From Escherichia coli (GTDB taxonomy: Bacteria > Pseudomonadota > Gammaproteobacteria > Enterobacterales > Enterobacteriaceae): 64,000 nt of DNA. The position numbers were made by a program, and so were the translations under genes. The notes under the pieces are model-generated. The model had not been told where the DNA came from, searched no databases, and was given only the letters and a program-made list of their open reading frames with translations. The first letter of the stretch is position 1, and each line of letters begins with the position of its first letter. The stretch lies in NCBI RefSeq assembly GCF_003334355.1, contig NZ_QOWP01000018.1, one strand, 5' to 3'. Positions 12,814 to 23,961 of this stretch are shown piece by piece.

Positions 12814-13106
12814 TGGCAATCCTCCCATGGCAGAGCCGGGATACCGCTGGCGCGTGCCAGCAGGGCTTCCAGTCGTGCACGTAAAATGCAGTCCAGTGCG
12901 CCTTTGTCATCGACATTCAGCTGTACGCCGCGCACGTTGTAGCGGGCGAGAACGTCCAGAATGGTGGTGCGAATTGCATCGCCAAACTGTTTCTCAACGC
13001 TGCTGTTGATTTGCAGGTCGATATCCTGCGTATCGAGTGGGGCGATGCGTATCATCACATCCCCAGACTCAAGGGTGCCTGCAACGGCGGGCTGGTTTAT
13101 TTTCAT
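12810..13106 (-). CDS. citD: Citrate lyase acyl carrier protein (gamma subunit)
   Basis: 98-aa ORF, 4-nt overlap with citE start; recognised as CitD. Confidence 0.9.
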
Positions 13107-13120
13107 TTTTCACCTGTTTC

Positions 13121-14179
13121 TCATGCGGGGGTCTTTTGACGAGCTGCCGCGTCCTGGCGGGAGTGCTCAAGCAGGTTCTGCAAATAATGCAGCGTGACTG
13201 CAGGGACCAGCGGCGCGATAGCCGTGAGATCGTTTTTCGCCAGCAGTTGACGTACCCGGGAAGCGGATATCGGCATCTCCTGGTAACGCAGCCGCTCAAT
13301 TTCAACCAGTTCGATGGGCGGTGCGGAGATAGTCGGCGTTTCCAGCCAGTAGCGCATATCCTGGTTGTACTGGGCGGTAACGCGACAAAAGGGTTCAGTA
13401 CCGACAAAGCGGTGAGTTACACCCAGTGCGGGAGCGAGGTACTGACGGAAAATCTTCAGATCAATTTCGGTGTAACAATGGTTAATGACGCTCTGTTCTT
13501 TAATGAAGTAGCAAGGGAACGTAGCGCGGGAGATGATGTATTCGGAGCCGCGATGCACAGTCAGGCGTGGAATATCGGCGGTGCCTTTTAACACCAGATC
13601 CAGCCGGTCTTCATAGGGGAAGCGTGAAGAATCTTCTTTGACTAAAAACAGATGCAACCAGTCGCACTGTGCCGCAGCCTGTTGAATCAGATAACGGTGA
13701 CCATTCGTAAAGGGATTGGCGTTCATCACAATGCAGCCAATCTTGTTCCCTGGATGACGAAATTTTTTCAGCGATTCGGCATAGCGTTTCAGTCGCGTGG
13801 CGCTGTTTTCCATCAGCACCATCACGCCGGGTACGCAGGTCAGCGTGGAAAAACCGCACTGGCGGAACAGCGCCTCGTATTCGGTTTTGGTATAAATAAA
13901 CAGATGCGTGCTGTGCCGCTCATAGGCGAGGTTTATCAGTTCAGTGGCTAATGTCAGCGCCAGTCCTTCACCGCGAACGGATTCACTGATAGCAACGCAT
14001 TTAATAATATTTCCGGCAATTCCACCGCACGCGATAAGCTTTTCATCGCGGGTTACGGTAATAAATACTTCGACTGTGGTGTCAACGCTCAAATCATTTT
14101 CATGCAGGAATTGGGCGATTTCCGCCATTTTTTTATTTTCTGAACGTTTTACGCGGGTGAAAATATCATTGCCGAACAT
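13121..14179 (-). CDS. citC: [Citrate (pro-3S)-lyase] ligase
   Basis: ORF 13121..14266 trimmed to Met30 (MFGNDIFTRVKRSENKK), giving 352 aa; first gene of the citCDEFXGT operon. Confidence 0.9.
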   Translation of the reverse strand: MFGNDIFTRVKRSENKKMAEIAQFLHENDLSVDTTVEVFITVTRDEKLIACGGIAGNIIKCVAISESVRGEGLALTLATELINLAYERHSTHLFIYTKTEYEALFRQCGFSTLTCVPGVMVLMENSATRLKRYAESLKKFRHPGNKIGCIVMNANPFTNGHRYLIQQAAAQCDWLHLFLVKEDSSRFPYEDRLDLVLKGTADIPRLTVHRGSEYIISRATFPCYFIKEQSVINHCYTEIDLKIFRQYLAPALGVTHRFVGTEPFCRVTAQYNQDMRYWLETPTISAPPIELVEIERLRYQEMPISASRVRQLLAKNDLTAIAPLVPAVTLHYLQNLLEHSRQDAAARQKTPA

Positions 14180-14558
14180 AATAAATAGTATCCTGAAGGT
14201 GCATGTTGTTATCGATTTGCAACGAATGTTGTTTAATGTTGCAAACTGATAACTTTTTATTTTCACTTGGGAGAAAGGTGGGTGATCGAGGTATATCTTT
14301 TTCTCCTTTCGCTATACATCCTAAGGAGTATTTCGGCGTGAAATTTTGATTTATTTCACATAGAGTTAGTGGTTTTTTATTTATTTAATGGTTTTAAGTT
14401 TTTTAATTAATGTAATTACGAAATGACTCGCAGGTTTAAGTGATTTAATTGATTTAATGAATAAAATTTGCCACGATCATAATTAATATCTATGTATTTT
14501 GATTCAACATTTTAATTACATCCGTCAAAGAGGCTCGGGACAACCCGCAAGGAAAACA
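14180..14558. promoter_or_regulatory. Divergent citC / dpiB control region
   Basis: 379-bp very AT-rich spacer with reiterated TTAAT/ATTTAAT motifs between divergent citC and dpiB; expected site of DpiA binding. Confidence 0.4.
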
Positions 14559-16217
14559 ATGTTGCAGCTTAACGAGAATAAACAGTTTGCATTTTTCCAA
14601 AGACTGGCATTTCCGCTGCGTATCTTTTTGCTGATTCTGGTGTTCTCAATATTTGTCATTGCAGCCCTGGCGCAATATTTTACGGCCAGTTTTGAGGACT
14701 ATTTAACGCTTCATGTACGCGACATGGCAATGAATCAGGCGAAAATTATTGCCTCCAATGACAGTGTCATCTCTGCGGTGAAAACGCGTGACTACAAACG
14801 GCTGGCGACCATCGCTAACAAATTACAAAGAGATACCGATTTTGATTATGTGGTGATTGGGGACCGGCACTCGATCCGCCTTTACCATCCTAATCCGGAG
14901 AAAATTGGTTATCCTATGCAGTTCACCAAACAGGGCGCGCTGGAGAAAGGGGAGAGCTACTTCATTACCGGGAAAGGGTCAATGGGGATGGCGATGCGCG
15001 CCAAAACGCCAATCTTTGATGACGATGGAAAAGTCATCGGCGTGGTGTCGATTGGCTACCTGGTGAGTAAAATCGATAGCTGGCGGGCTGAGTTTTTATT
15101 ACCGATGGCAGGTGTGTTTGTCGTGCTGTTAGGGATTCTGATGTTGCTGTCGTGGTTCCTGGCCGCGCATATCCGTCGGCAGATGATGGGCATGGAGCCA
15201 AAGCAAATCGCACGCGTGGTCCGTCAGCAAGAGGCGCTGTTTAGTTCGGTTTATGAAGGGCTGATTGCGGTGGATCCGCATGGTTACATTACCGCCATCA
15301 ATCGTAACGCAAGAAAGATGCTGGGGCTGAGTTCCCCCGGACGGCAATGGTTGGGTAAACCCATTGTTGAAGTGGTCAGGCCCGCCGATTTCTTTACCGA
15401 ACAGATTGATGAAAAACGTCAGGATGTGGTGGCGAACTTTAACGGTCTGAGCGTTATTGCCAACCGGGAAGCTATTCGTTCAGGTGATGATTTGCTGGGG
15501 GCCATTATCAGCTTTCGTAGTAAAGACGAAATTTCCACCCTCAATGCGCAACTGACGCAAATAAAACAATACGTTGAGAGCCTTCGTACATTGCGACACG
15601 AGCATCTCAATTGGATGTCGACGCTCAATGGTCTGTTGCAGATGAAAGAGTATGATCGCGTGCTGGCGATGGTGCAGGGGGAGTCTCAGGCTCAGCAACA
15701 GCTTATTGACAGCCTGCGCGAGGCGTTTGCCGATCGCCAGGTGGCGGGGCTGCTTTTTGGTAAAGTGCAGCGCGCCCGGGAACTGGGGCTAAAAATGATC
15801 ATTGTCCCCGGTAGCCAGCTTTCGCAACTGCCGCCAGGACTGGATAGCACCGAGTTTGCAGCCATTGTGGGCAATTTACTTGATAACGCCTTCGAAGCCA
15901 GCCTGCGTAGCGATGAAGGAAACAAGATCGTTGAATTATTCCTCAGCGATGAAGGCGATGATGTGGTGATTGAAGTCGCCGATCAGGGCTGCGGCGTTCC
16001 AGAGTCTCTACGAGACAAAATATTTGAGCAGGGGGTCAGTACGCGTGCTGACGAGCCCGGTGAACATGGCATTGGGTTGTACTTGATTGCCAGCTACGTA
16101 ACGCGCTGCGGTGGTGTTATCACTCTCGAAGATAATGATCCCTGCGGTACCTTATTTTCAATCTATATTCCGAAAGTGAAACCTAATGACAGCTCCATTA
16201 ACCCTATTGATCGTTGA
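14559..16217 (+). CDS. dpiB: Sensor histidine kinase DpiB/CitA (citrate-responsive)
   Basis: ORF trimmed to Met21 (MLQLNENKQ), giving 552 aa; two TM segments flanking a periplasmic PAS-like domain, C-terminal HATPase; divergent from citC. Confidence 0.9.
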   Translation: MLQLNENKQFAFFQRLAFPLRIFLLILVFSIFVIAALAQYFTASFEDYLTLHVRDMAMNQAKIIASNDSVISAVKTRDYKRLATIANKLQRDTDFDYVVIGDRHSIRLYHPNPEKIGYPMQFTKQGALEKGESYFITGKGSMGMAMRAKTPIFDDDGKVIGVVSIGYLVSKIDSWRAEFLLPMAGVFVVLLGILMLLSWFLAAHIRRQMMGMEPKQIARVVRQQEALFSSVYEGLIAVDPHGYITAINRNARKMLGLSSPGRQWLGKPIVEVVRPADFFTEQIDEKRQDVVANFNGLSVIANREAIRSGDDLLGAIISFRSKDEISTLNAQLTQIKQYVESLRTLRHEHLNWMSTLNGLLQMKEYDRVLAMVQGESQAQQQLIDSLREAFADRQVAGLLFGKVQRARELGLKMIIVPGSQLSQLPPGLDSTEFAAIVGNLLDNAFEASLRSDEGNKIVELFLSDEGDDVVIEVADQGCGVPESLRDKIFEQGVSTRADEPGEHGIGLYLIASYVTRCGGVITLEDNDPCGTLFSIYIPKVKPNDSSINPIDR

Positions 16218-16866
16218 GGACGAAACGCCGCTGGCAGAGATGCATGCGGAATATATTCGTCACATTCCCGGATTCAGTCAGATATTACTGGCGGGAAATC
16301 TGGCGCAGGCCCGAATGATGATCGAGCGTTTTAAGCCGGGGCTAATCTTGCTCGATAACTATCTTCCTGACGGTAGAGGGATTAATTTACTGCATGAACT
16401 GGTGCAGGCGCATTATCCCGGCGACGTGGTGTTTACCACTGCAGCCAGCGATATGGAAACGGTGTCTGAAGCCGTACGTTGTGGTGTATTTGATTATCTC
16501 ATTAAGCCCATTGCCTATGAACGGCTGGGGCAAACGCTAACCCGTTTCCGCCAGCGTAAACATATGCTGGAAAGTATTGATAGCGCCAGCCAGAAGCAAA
16601 TTGATGAGATGTTTAATGCTTATGCTCGCGGTGAACCTAAGGACGAGCTACCGACCGGCATTGACCCCTTGACGCTAAACGCGGTGCGAAAACTGTTTAA
16701 AGAGCCTGGTGTGCAACATACGGCAGAAACGGTGGCGCAGGCACTGACCATCAGCCGCACCACTGCCAGGCGTTATCTTGAATATTGCGCCAGCCGCCAT
16801 CTGATTATTGCTGAAATTGTTCACGGCAAAGTTGGCAGACCACAACGCATATACCACAGTGGGTGA
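16186..16866 (+). CDS. dpiA: Response regulator DpiA/CitB
   Basis: 226-aa ORF with receiver domain (LIVEDE...D) and C-terminal HTH; overlaps dpiB end by 32 nt. Confidence 0.9.
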   Translation: MTAPLTLLIVEDETPLAEMHAEYIRHIPGFSQILLAGNLAQARMMIERFKPGLILLDNYLPDGRGINLLHELVQAHYPGDVVFTTAASDMETVSEAVRCGVFDYLIKPIAYERLGQTLTRFRQRKHMLESIDSASQKQIDEMFNAYARGEPKDELPTGIDPLTLNAVRKLFKEPGVQHTAETVAQALTISRTTARRYLEYCASRHLIIAEIVHGKVGRPQRIYHSG

Positions 16867-16872
16867 CATGAT

Positions 16873-16906
16873 AAAGCCGGAGGAAACTTGCCTCCGGCAT
16901 TACTAT
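16873..16906. terminator. Hairpin terminator between convergent dpiA and dcuC
   Basis: 8-bp stem gccggagg/cctccggc flanked by A-rich and T-rich runs. Confidence 0.5.
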
Positions 16907-18292
16907 TTACTTGCCTGTGACCGCTGCTGCCGTTCCTGGCACCATCAGCTCTGTAGCAACGATAACAATCACCAAACCAACAAGCACCGGTACCGAGGTG
17001 CGTTTTACGACTTCAAACGGCGAGATCTTCGCCATCCCGGCAACCGCAACGACTACGCCAGAAACGGGCGAAAGGGTACGGCCAAGGTTTGACGCCTGCA
17101 GCATCGGGATAGTCAAATACGCCGGGTTAATGCCGGAAGAGTGCGCCAGTTTCGGGATCATCTCAACAAACGCATAAAACGGCGCATTGCCTGAACCGGT
17201 CGTGACTGCCGCCAGCATTGTCAGAATCACCAATACCAGCATCAGGATGATACTCGCCGAACCAAACGAGGTAGCGATAGAAATCAGACTTTGAATAAAG
17301 CCGATGGTGCTAAGCCCCTGAGCGAATACCCCAGCGGCAACCAGCAGCATCACCACGTTAGCAAACGCATCTGCCATCCCGCGATAAGCCACTTCCAGAC
17401 CAGAGAAAACTTTCTGGGTATTAAAGCTGCGGAGGAACTCCAGAATGGAGGCAATCAGCATACAAATCACCAGAATAGTGATGATGTGTAATTGCGGACC
17501 CCATTTACCGTCAAAAATCAGTACACCGATGATCGGCGTGAACGGCAAAATGGCATAAAACGCAGGAGCAGTGGTGGTGATTTCACTGACATCTAACATT
17601 TCATGAGAGATGTGCTCTTTTTTATCCAGATAACGTTGCCAGAAGAAGTGGGCGATCGCCATGCCGATAATTGCAGCAATTGAGATAGGCAGCGTCGTTT
17701 TGAAGGCGAAGTCAATCAGCGACATTTCGGAAGCTTGCGCCGCCAGCACCACATCCCCTGAAGTCGGTGCGAGAATAATCGCCGCCGGGGAGGCACAAAT
17801 GGCAGCAGCTGCGCCACGACTGATACCAACGTTTACCATCACCGGAAATAGGGTTGCCATCAGCAAAACACCCAGACCGGTTGCGGAAGAGACGGCCAGA
17901 GACATCAGACAGGCGACAAAATAGGCGGCAATCATCAGCAGGTAAGGGGAGTTAATATACTGCAATGGTTTTGACGCCAGCTTGACCACCATATCATTCG
18001 CGCCGATATGGGTCATGTAAGCGGCAAATCCACACAGCATCATAATCATCATGCCGAGGTCGCCGCCGCGGCTCATTAGTAATATTTTAACGTATTCAAC
18101 GATATCCGTGGCGCTGTAGCCTGTTGAAGCCTGGCTGGACGGTAACACTTTGTGCCCCATAATGGCACTGATAATCAGCAATAACAGGCCACCGACAAAT
18201 AACACACCAGTGGCGGAATACCCTTTAATGATGTAGCGAGCTACACCCACAATAACCACAACCCCAATAAGGAGCTCAATGAATGTCAGCAT
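16907..18292 (-). CDS. dcuC: Anaerobic C4-dicarboxylate transporter DcuC
   Basis: 461-aa polytopic membrane ORF recognised as DcuC. Confidence 0.9.
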   Translation of the reverse strand: MLTFIELLIGVVVIVGVARYIIKGYSATGVLFVGGLLLLIISAIMGHKVLPSSQASTGYSATDIVEYVKILLMSRGGDLGMMIMMLCGFAAYMTHIGANDMVVKLASKPLQYINSPYLLMIAAYFVACLMSLAVSSATGLGVLLMATLFPVMVNVGISRGAAAAICASPAAIILAPTSGDVVLAAQASEMSLIDFAFKTTLPISIAAIIGMAIAHFFWQRYLDKKEHISHEMLDVSEITTTAPAFYAILPFTPIIGVLIFDGKWGPQLHIITILVICMLIASILEFLRSFNTQKVFSGLEVAYRGMADAFANVVMLLVAAGVFAQGLSTIGFIQSLISIATSFGSASIILMLVLVILTMLAAVTTGSGNAPFYAFVEMIPKLAHSSGINPAYLTIPMLQASNLGRTLSPVSGVVVAVAGMAKISPFEVVKRTSVPVLVGLVIVIVATELMVPGTAAAVTGK

Positions 18293-18880
18293 AATTTTTC
18301 CTGTCTCCAGGCCCCAAAGTAAATAATAAAAAATTCCTAAAGCTTAAGGAAAAAATATGCCCAATAAATTGGCGATGAATGCTGATTAAAATCAAGAAAA
18401 ACTGCCATTAAGACATTGAAGTTGCTGTTTTTATACATAGATAACAAAACGCATATTTAGCGGTTGGCAATTATCACATAATAATGTGTGCAAATTGATG
18501 GTGGATTGATGCAAATTTGTTAATTGCAATGGTGTTAGCTGCGGCTGTGCGCTCAAAAAATAATCTAATATGAGCATAGGTTGACGATATATATTATATA
18601 CTTCGTTAAGATGATTGTTGTATCTCGTTAAAAAATAAAATAATTTTTCCTTGATTGCATTTTGTCATCAAAAAAGACTTGGTTTTTCTTTTTTGACTAT
18701 TCCCATCGCAGAAAACGACGCATCATCTTTAATCGATGCGCGGAAATATTTAACTTGAACAAGCGGAAATAAATAGAGCAGCTATTCAGATTATTCTTTA
18801 TGTTGGGTCTATTAAGGTTATGTTAATTGTAGCTTTGCTATGCTAGTAGTAGATTTTTGATAAATGTTTTATGGTCACAA

Positions 18881-19441
18881 ATGAACGTGAGTAAATATGT
18901 CGCTATCTTTTCCTTTGTTTTTATTCAGTTAATCAGCGTTGGTAAAGTTTTTGCTAACGCAGATGAGTGGATGACAACGTTTAGAGAAAATATTGCACAA
19001 ACCTGGCAACAGCCTGAACATTATGATTTATATATTCCTGCCATCACCTGGCATGCACGTTTCGCTTACGACAAAGAAAAAACCGATCGCTATAACGAGC
19101 GACCGTGGGGTGGCGGTTTTGGCCTGTCGCGTTGGGATGAAAAAGGAAACTGGCATGGCCTGTATGCCATGGCATTTAAGGACTCGTGGAACAAATGGGA
19201 ACCGATTGCCGGATACGGATGGGAAAGTACCTGGCGACCGCTGGCGGATGAAAATTTTCATTTAGGTCTGGGATTCACCGCTGGCGTAACGGCACGCGAT
19301 AACTGGAATTACATCCCTCTCCCGGTTCTACTGCCATTGGCCTCCGTGGGTTATGGCCCAGTGACTTTTCAGATGACCTACATTCCGGGTACCTACAACA
19401 ATGGCAATGTGTACTTTGCCTGGATGCGCTTTCAGTTTTGA
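18881..19441 (+). CDS. pagP: Lipid A palmitoyltransferase PagP (outer membrane)
   Basis: ORF trimmed to Met9 ([14 protein letters not shown]), giving 186 aa; recognised as PagP/CrcA. Confidence 0.9.
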   Translation: MNVSKYVAIFSFVFIQLISVGKVFANADEWMTTFRENIAQTWQQPEHYDLYIPAITWHARFAYDKEKTDRYNERPWGGGFGLSRWDEKGNWHGLYAMAFKDSWNKWEPIAGYGWESTWRPLADENFHLGLGFTAGVTARDNWNYIPLPVLLPLASVGYGPVTFQMTYIPGTYNNGNVYFAWMRFQF

Positions 19442-19615
19442 GACAAATGAAGTTTTAGTAACTTCTTTAAAATCAATAGCTAAAATAAGTAACATCAAAA
19501 ATAACGCGACTTTTATCACTTTTTAGTAAAGTTACACTGGACAAAGCGTACCACAATTGGTGTACTGGTAACCGACACAGCATTTGTGTCTATTTTTCAT
19601 GTAAAGGTAATTTTG

Positions 19616-19825
19616 ATGTCTAAGATTAAAGGTAACGTTAAGTGGTTTAATGAGTCCAAAGGATTCGGTTTCATTACTCCGGAAGACGGCAGCAAAGACG
19701 TGTTCGTACACTTCTCTGCAATCCAGACTAATGGTTTTAAAACTCTTGCTGAAGGTCAGCGCGTAGAGTTCGAAATCACTAACGGTGCCAAAGGCCCTTC
19801 TGCTGCAAACGTAATCGCTCTGTAA
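19616..19825 (+). CDS. cspE: Cold-shock-domain protein CspE
   Basis: 69-aa product [20 protein letters not shown] recognised as CspE; ORF-track start is an upstream GTG. Confidence 0.9.
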
Positions 19826-19844
19826 GATACGTCAGCAAGAATTC

Positions 19845-19874
19845 AAAACCCGCTTAATCAGCGGGTTTTTTTTG
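19845..19874. terminator. Bidirectional intrinsic terminator between convergent cspE and crcB
   Basis: aaaacccgc-ttaatca-gcgggtttttttt: stem flanked by A-run and T-run. Confidence 0.7.
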
Positions 19875-19878
19875 GTCT

Positions 19879-20262
19879 TTAGTGTGCGGTTGAGGCCGAA
19901 AACAGCCAGAATGCCAGTGCGGTCATGGCAAAAGACCCCAGAAGGTTGACGAAAACGTTCAGTAATGCCCAGCCAAAGCGGCCCTCTTGTAACAAAAACA
20001 CCACTTCTGCCGAAAATGTTGAGAAGGTTGTTAGACCGCCACAAAATCCGGTGGTGATTAATACTTTCCACACTGGATCAATGTTCGTCATCCTGCTGAA
20101 CCATGCGAATCCCATTCCTATGATGAATGCCCCAATCAGGTTTGCTGTCAGCGTCCCCAACGGAATCGCCTGATGCAGTGGGTTAAATCGCATACTTAAC
20201 AGCCATCTCGCCACGCTTCCCGTACCACCGCCAATAAAAACTGCTAAAAGAAGTTGTAACAC
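19879..20262 (-). CDS. crcB: Fluoride ion channel CrcB/FluC
   Basis: 127-aa four-TM ORF with GTG start; recognised as CrcB. Confidence 0.85.
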   Translation of the reverse strand: MLQLLLAVFIGGGTGSVARWLLSMRFNPLHQAIPLGTLTANLIGAFIIGMGFAWFSRMTNIDPVWKVLITTGFCGGLTTFSTFSAEVVFLLQEGRFGWALLNVFVNLLGSFAMTALAFWLFSASTAH

Positions 20263-20354
20263 TGCAAAATCCTGCTATTTGATTTGTATGAGTGATAAGT
20301 GTAACGCCGAATAATCGTCGTTGGCGAATTTTACGACTCTGACAGGAGGTGGCA

Positions 20355-21143
20355 ATGCTGGTTGCCGCAGGACAGTTTGCTGTTACATCTGTGTGGGAAA
20401 AGAACGCTGAGATTTGTGCCTCGTTGATGGCGCAGGCGGCGGAAAACGACGTATCGCTGTTTGTCCTGCCGGAAGCATTGCTGGCGCGCGATGATCATGA
20501 TGCAGATCTATCGGTTAAATCAGCACAGCTGCTGGAAGGCGAATTCCTCGGACGTTTACGGCGAGAAAGTAAACGTAACATGATGACGACAATTCTGACG
20601 ATTCATGTTCCTTCAACGCCGGGGCGCGCATGGAATATGCTGGTGGCACTTCAGGCAGGAAACATCGTCGCCCGTTATGCCAAACTGCATCTCTATGATG
20701 CATTTGCCATTCAGGAATCACGCCGTGTTGATGCTGGTAATGAAATCGCTCCGTTACTGGAGGTGGAAGGGATGAAGGTCGGTCTGATGACCTGTTATGA
20801 CTTACGCTTTCCAGAGCTGGCGCTGGCACAGGCATTACAGGGAGCTGAAATCCTGGTACTTCCTGCCGCCTGGGTTCGCGGGCCGCTCAAAGAGCATCAC
20901 TGGTCAACGTTGCTTGCCGCTCGTGCGCTGGATACCACCTGTTATATGGTGACGGCGGGGGAGTGCGGGAACAAAAATATCGGTCAAAGCCGGATTATAG
21001 ATCCCTTTGGCGTCACCATTGCGGCAGCGTCAGAAATGCCTGCACTCATTATGGCGGAAGTGACGCCCGAACGTGTGCGTCAGGTGCGCGCGCAACTGCC
21101 CGTCTTAAACAACCGTCGCTTTGCGCCGCCGCAATTATTATGA
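20355..21143 (+). CDS. ybeM: Carbon-nitrogen hydrolase (nitrilase-superfamily) protein
   Basis: 262-codon frame from the ATG at 20355 with AGGAGG Shine-Dalgarno at 20344-20349; C-N hydrolase fold, positional equivalent of K-12 ybeM. Confidence 0.8.
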   Translation: MLVAAGQFAVTSVWEKNAEICASLMAQAAENDVSLFVLPEALLARDDHDADLSVKSAQLLEGEFLGRLRRESKRNMMTTILTIHVPSTPGRAWNMLVALQAGNIVARYAKLHLYDAFAIQESRRVDAGNEIAPLLEVEGMKVGLMTCYDLRFPELALAQALQGAEILVLPAAWVRGPLKEHHWSTLLAARALDTTCYMVTAGECGNKNIGQSRIIDPFGVTIAAASEMPALIMAEVTPERVRQVRAQLPVLNNRRFAPPQLL

Positions 21144-21271
21144 TGTTTTTTTACTCGGCGCTTGATTCACCTTGTTACAGATTGCTATTGTGTGCGCGCG
21201 TCGAATGACCGTTAATATTCTCTGGTTTTTAAGGCGCGTTCTGTTGCCGGTTATATGTCAAGAAGGTATCT

Positions 21272-21475
21272 ATGGGTGAGATTAGTATTACCAAACTGCT
21301 GGTAGTTGCGGCGCTGGTCGTTCTGCTGTTTGGGACTAAGAAGTTACGTACGCTGGGCGGAGACCTTGGAGCGGCCATTAAAGGGTTCAAGAAGGCGATG
21401 AATGATGACGATGCTGCGGCGAAAAAAGGCGCAGACGTTGATCTTCAGGCTGAAAAGCTCTCTCATAAAGAGTGA
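21272..21475 (+). CDS. tatE: Twin-arginine translocase subunit TatE
   Basis: 67-aa ORF with TatA/E N-terminal TM helix and amphipathic helix. Confidence 0.9.
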   Translation: MGEISITKLLVVAALVVLLFGTKKLRTLGGDLGAAIKGFKKAMNDDDAAAKKGADVDLQAEKLSHKE

Positions 21476-21514
21476 CGTGGCGAGCAGGACGCTCCCTCAA
21501 TATCTTGTTCGATA

Positions 21515-21547
21515 CAAAAAACCCGCTTCAAAAAGCGGGTTTTTTAT
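21515..21547. terminator. Bidirectional intrinsic terminator between convergent tatE and lipA
   Basis: aaaaaacccgc-ttcaaaaa-gcgggtttttt. Confidence 0.7.
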
Positions 21548-21575
21548 CAGACAGATGTAAGTAATTATTACAGGA

Positions 21576-22541
21576 TTACTTAACTTCCATCCCTTTCGCC
21601 TGCAAATCGGCGTGGTAAGAAGAGCGGACAAACGGACCGCATGCAGCATGGGTAAAGCCCATCGCCAGCGCTTCGGCTTTCATTTCGTCGAACTCATCCG
21701 GGCTAACGTAACGTTGAACCGGCAGGTGATGGCGGCTTGGCTGCAAATATTGCCCCAGCGTTAACATCGTCACACCATGACGGCGCAGGTCGCGCATTAC
21801 CTCAATAATTTCTTCATTGGTTTCACCCAGTCCCACCATCAGACCAGACTTGGTCGGGATTTCCGGATGCGCTTCTTTAAAGCGTTCCAGCAGCTTCAGC
21901 GACCAGTTGTAATCTGCACCAGGCCGTACCTGACGGTAAATACGCGGTACGTTTTCCAGGTTATGGTTGAACACATCTGGTGGCGTTGCAGTCAGAATAT
22001 CCAGAGCACGATCCATACGACCACGGAAATCCGGCACCAGAGTTTCAATTTTGATTTGCGGGCTTTTTTCCCGAATGGCAGTAATGCAATCCGCAAAGTG
22101 CTGGGCACCGCCATCGCGCAGGTCATCACGGTCAACGGAGGTGATAACCACATAACGCAGCGCCATATCGGCAATGGTCTGCGCCAGTTTCACTGGTTCA
22201 TTGGCATCAGGAGCTACCGGGCGACCGTGGGCAACATCACAGAACGGACAACGGCGGGTACAAATAGCGCCGAGGATCATAAACGTTGCTGTGCCGTGGT
22301 TGAAGCATTCCGCCAGGTTAGGGCAGGAGGCTTCCTCGCAGACAGAATGCAGGCCATTTTTGCGCATTGCGGCTTTGATGCCCTGGATACGTGTAGAGTC
22401 CGCTGGAAGCTTGATTTTCATCCATTCCGGCTTGCGCAGCAGGGCTTCGCGCTCTGTTGCCACGTTTTTAACCGGGATAAGGGCCATCTTATCGGCATCG
22501 CGGTATTTAACACCGCGTTCCATCACAATGGGTTTACTCAT
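21576..22541 (-). CDS. lipA: Lipoyl synthase
   Basis: 321-aa ORF with radical-SAM CxxxCxxC and auxiliary Cys cluster; recognised as LipA. Confidence 0.95.
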
Positions 22542-22749
22542 AGCGTGCGTGTTCCAGTTGCGAATTACGAAGGAAAGCGTTTCAATTCAATAGATTGTTG
22601 TAATTATCAACTATTTTTGAATTAACGACTGGCAGTATATCATTGAAACGGACCTGAAAGCAGCCAAAGCGGTCGCGAAAATGTAAAATTGTTGTTGGAT
22701 TGTGCCATTTTATCGTTCTGCGCTGTGATCTGGCTGTAACAATACTTTT

Positions 22750-23703
22750 TCAAAATGCATTACGGATAACATCTATTACTCCGTGCAGGATGGGATCACG
22801 CAGGCTGAATTTGTTGTAGTGGATAGAGAAATCTATTTGCTCCTCATTTAAGGACGGAAAAGGCAGTTTTTCCAGCGGCCAGCAGCGGCTAAACAGGTTA
22901 TAAAAACGGCTGGGAATAATCGCTAACATGTCACTGTTGGCAACCAGTGCAGCGATTGTCAAAATGTTGTAGCTGGTGAAATTGATTTACCGGTCCGGAA
23001 ACATTTCTTGAACTCTCTGCCGCAGACCGCTGAAATTTTGCTCTTCCGGTAACAGAAGTACATGCGCAGCGTTGTCGATAGTCTCTCTGTCATCTTCTAA
23101 AGAGAGTAGTGGATTTCCCTCGCGGCAAATTAACACCATATTGTCGGTGAACAGAACATGATGTTGCACCGTACGATTGGTGCAAAACATGTTATCGATG
23201 ATGAGATCGGTTTGAAACTGACTGAGTTGGTTTTCCGCGTCGCTGATGGGCGGGTTGCGCAGTAAAAGCTGCGGATAGTGAGTTTTAATCGCCCGATAGA
23301 TGACAGGAAGGACCAGTGCTCCGACCGAGGGAGTGGTCGCAATAGTTATCGTTCGTTGCTTATCATAGCTTCCTTCGATATCCAGCGCGCCAAGAATGGA
23401 CTCAAGGCCCTGACTGATATACTCATGTAGATGCATCGCAAATGCGGTAGGAGTGACACCCTGGCCTTTGCGAATAAACAATGGGTCAGGGAATATAACG
23501 CGCAGTTTCTGAATAGACTGACTGATTGCCGAGGGGGTCAGATTAAGCACTTTCGCTGCATTAACGATCCCTTTATGTACATATACAGCTTCAAAAATAG
23601 TCAGAAGGTTAAGATCAATATTTCGTAAGGTTGTAAATATTTGTGGTTTACCTTCTGACGACTTTCTGCTTAAACAGGGTTCAATTTGATTATTACTATC
23701 CAC
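22750..23703 (-). pseudogene. ybeF: LysR-family transcriptional regulator YbeF, interrupted by an in-frame TAA stop
   Basis: ORFs 22987..23703 (HTH domain) and 22750..22962 (C-terminal effector domain) are in the same frame, separated only by a TAA at 22987-22989 (plus-strand tta); the continuous frame is 317 codons, the length I recall for K-12 YbeF. Confidence 0.6.
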
Positions 23704-23961
23704 GCACTTACTCCAATTTTATTCATGGAAAAATAATATTTAAAAAATTACAATAATCTTATGTCTAATTGGAACGGAACGCTTTTGCTCACCATAATCA
23801 ACTATTTCAATAGGTTAATCAATGGGGTGAGTTACGGAGCAAGGCGTGGCACCGCATTTCTGCAAGTGATAAAGAAAATATACAAACGCGAAGGAGATGT
23901 AAAGCATTAGCAGATATTATGAGTAATGACCCAGTGTAAATTGGGCCATTGATGTATGGAA

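Noticed and set aside
11896-12942. 348-aa plus-strand ORF
   Set aside because: Antisense to citE and citD; artefact of the codon-biased opposite strand.
21777-22625. 282-aa plus-strand ORF
   Set aside because: Antisense to lipA; no ribosome-binding site; overlapped by a clearly recognisable gene.
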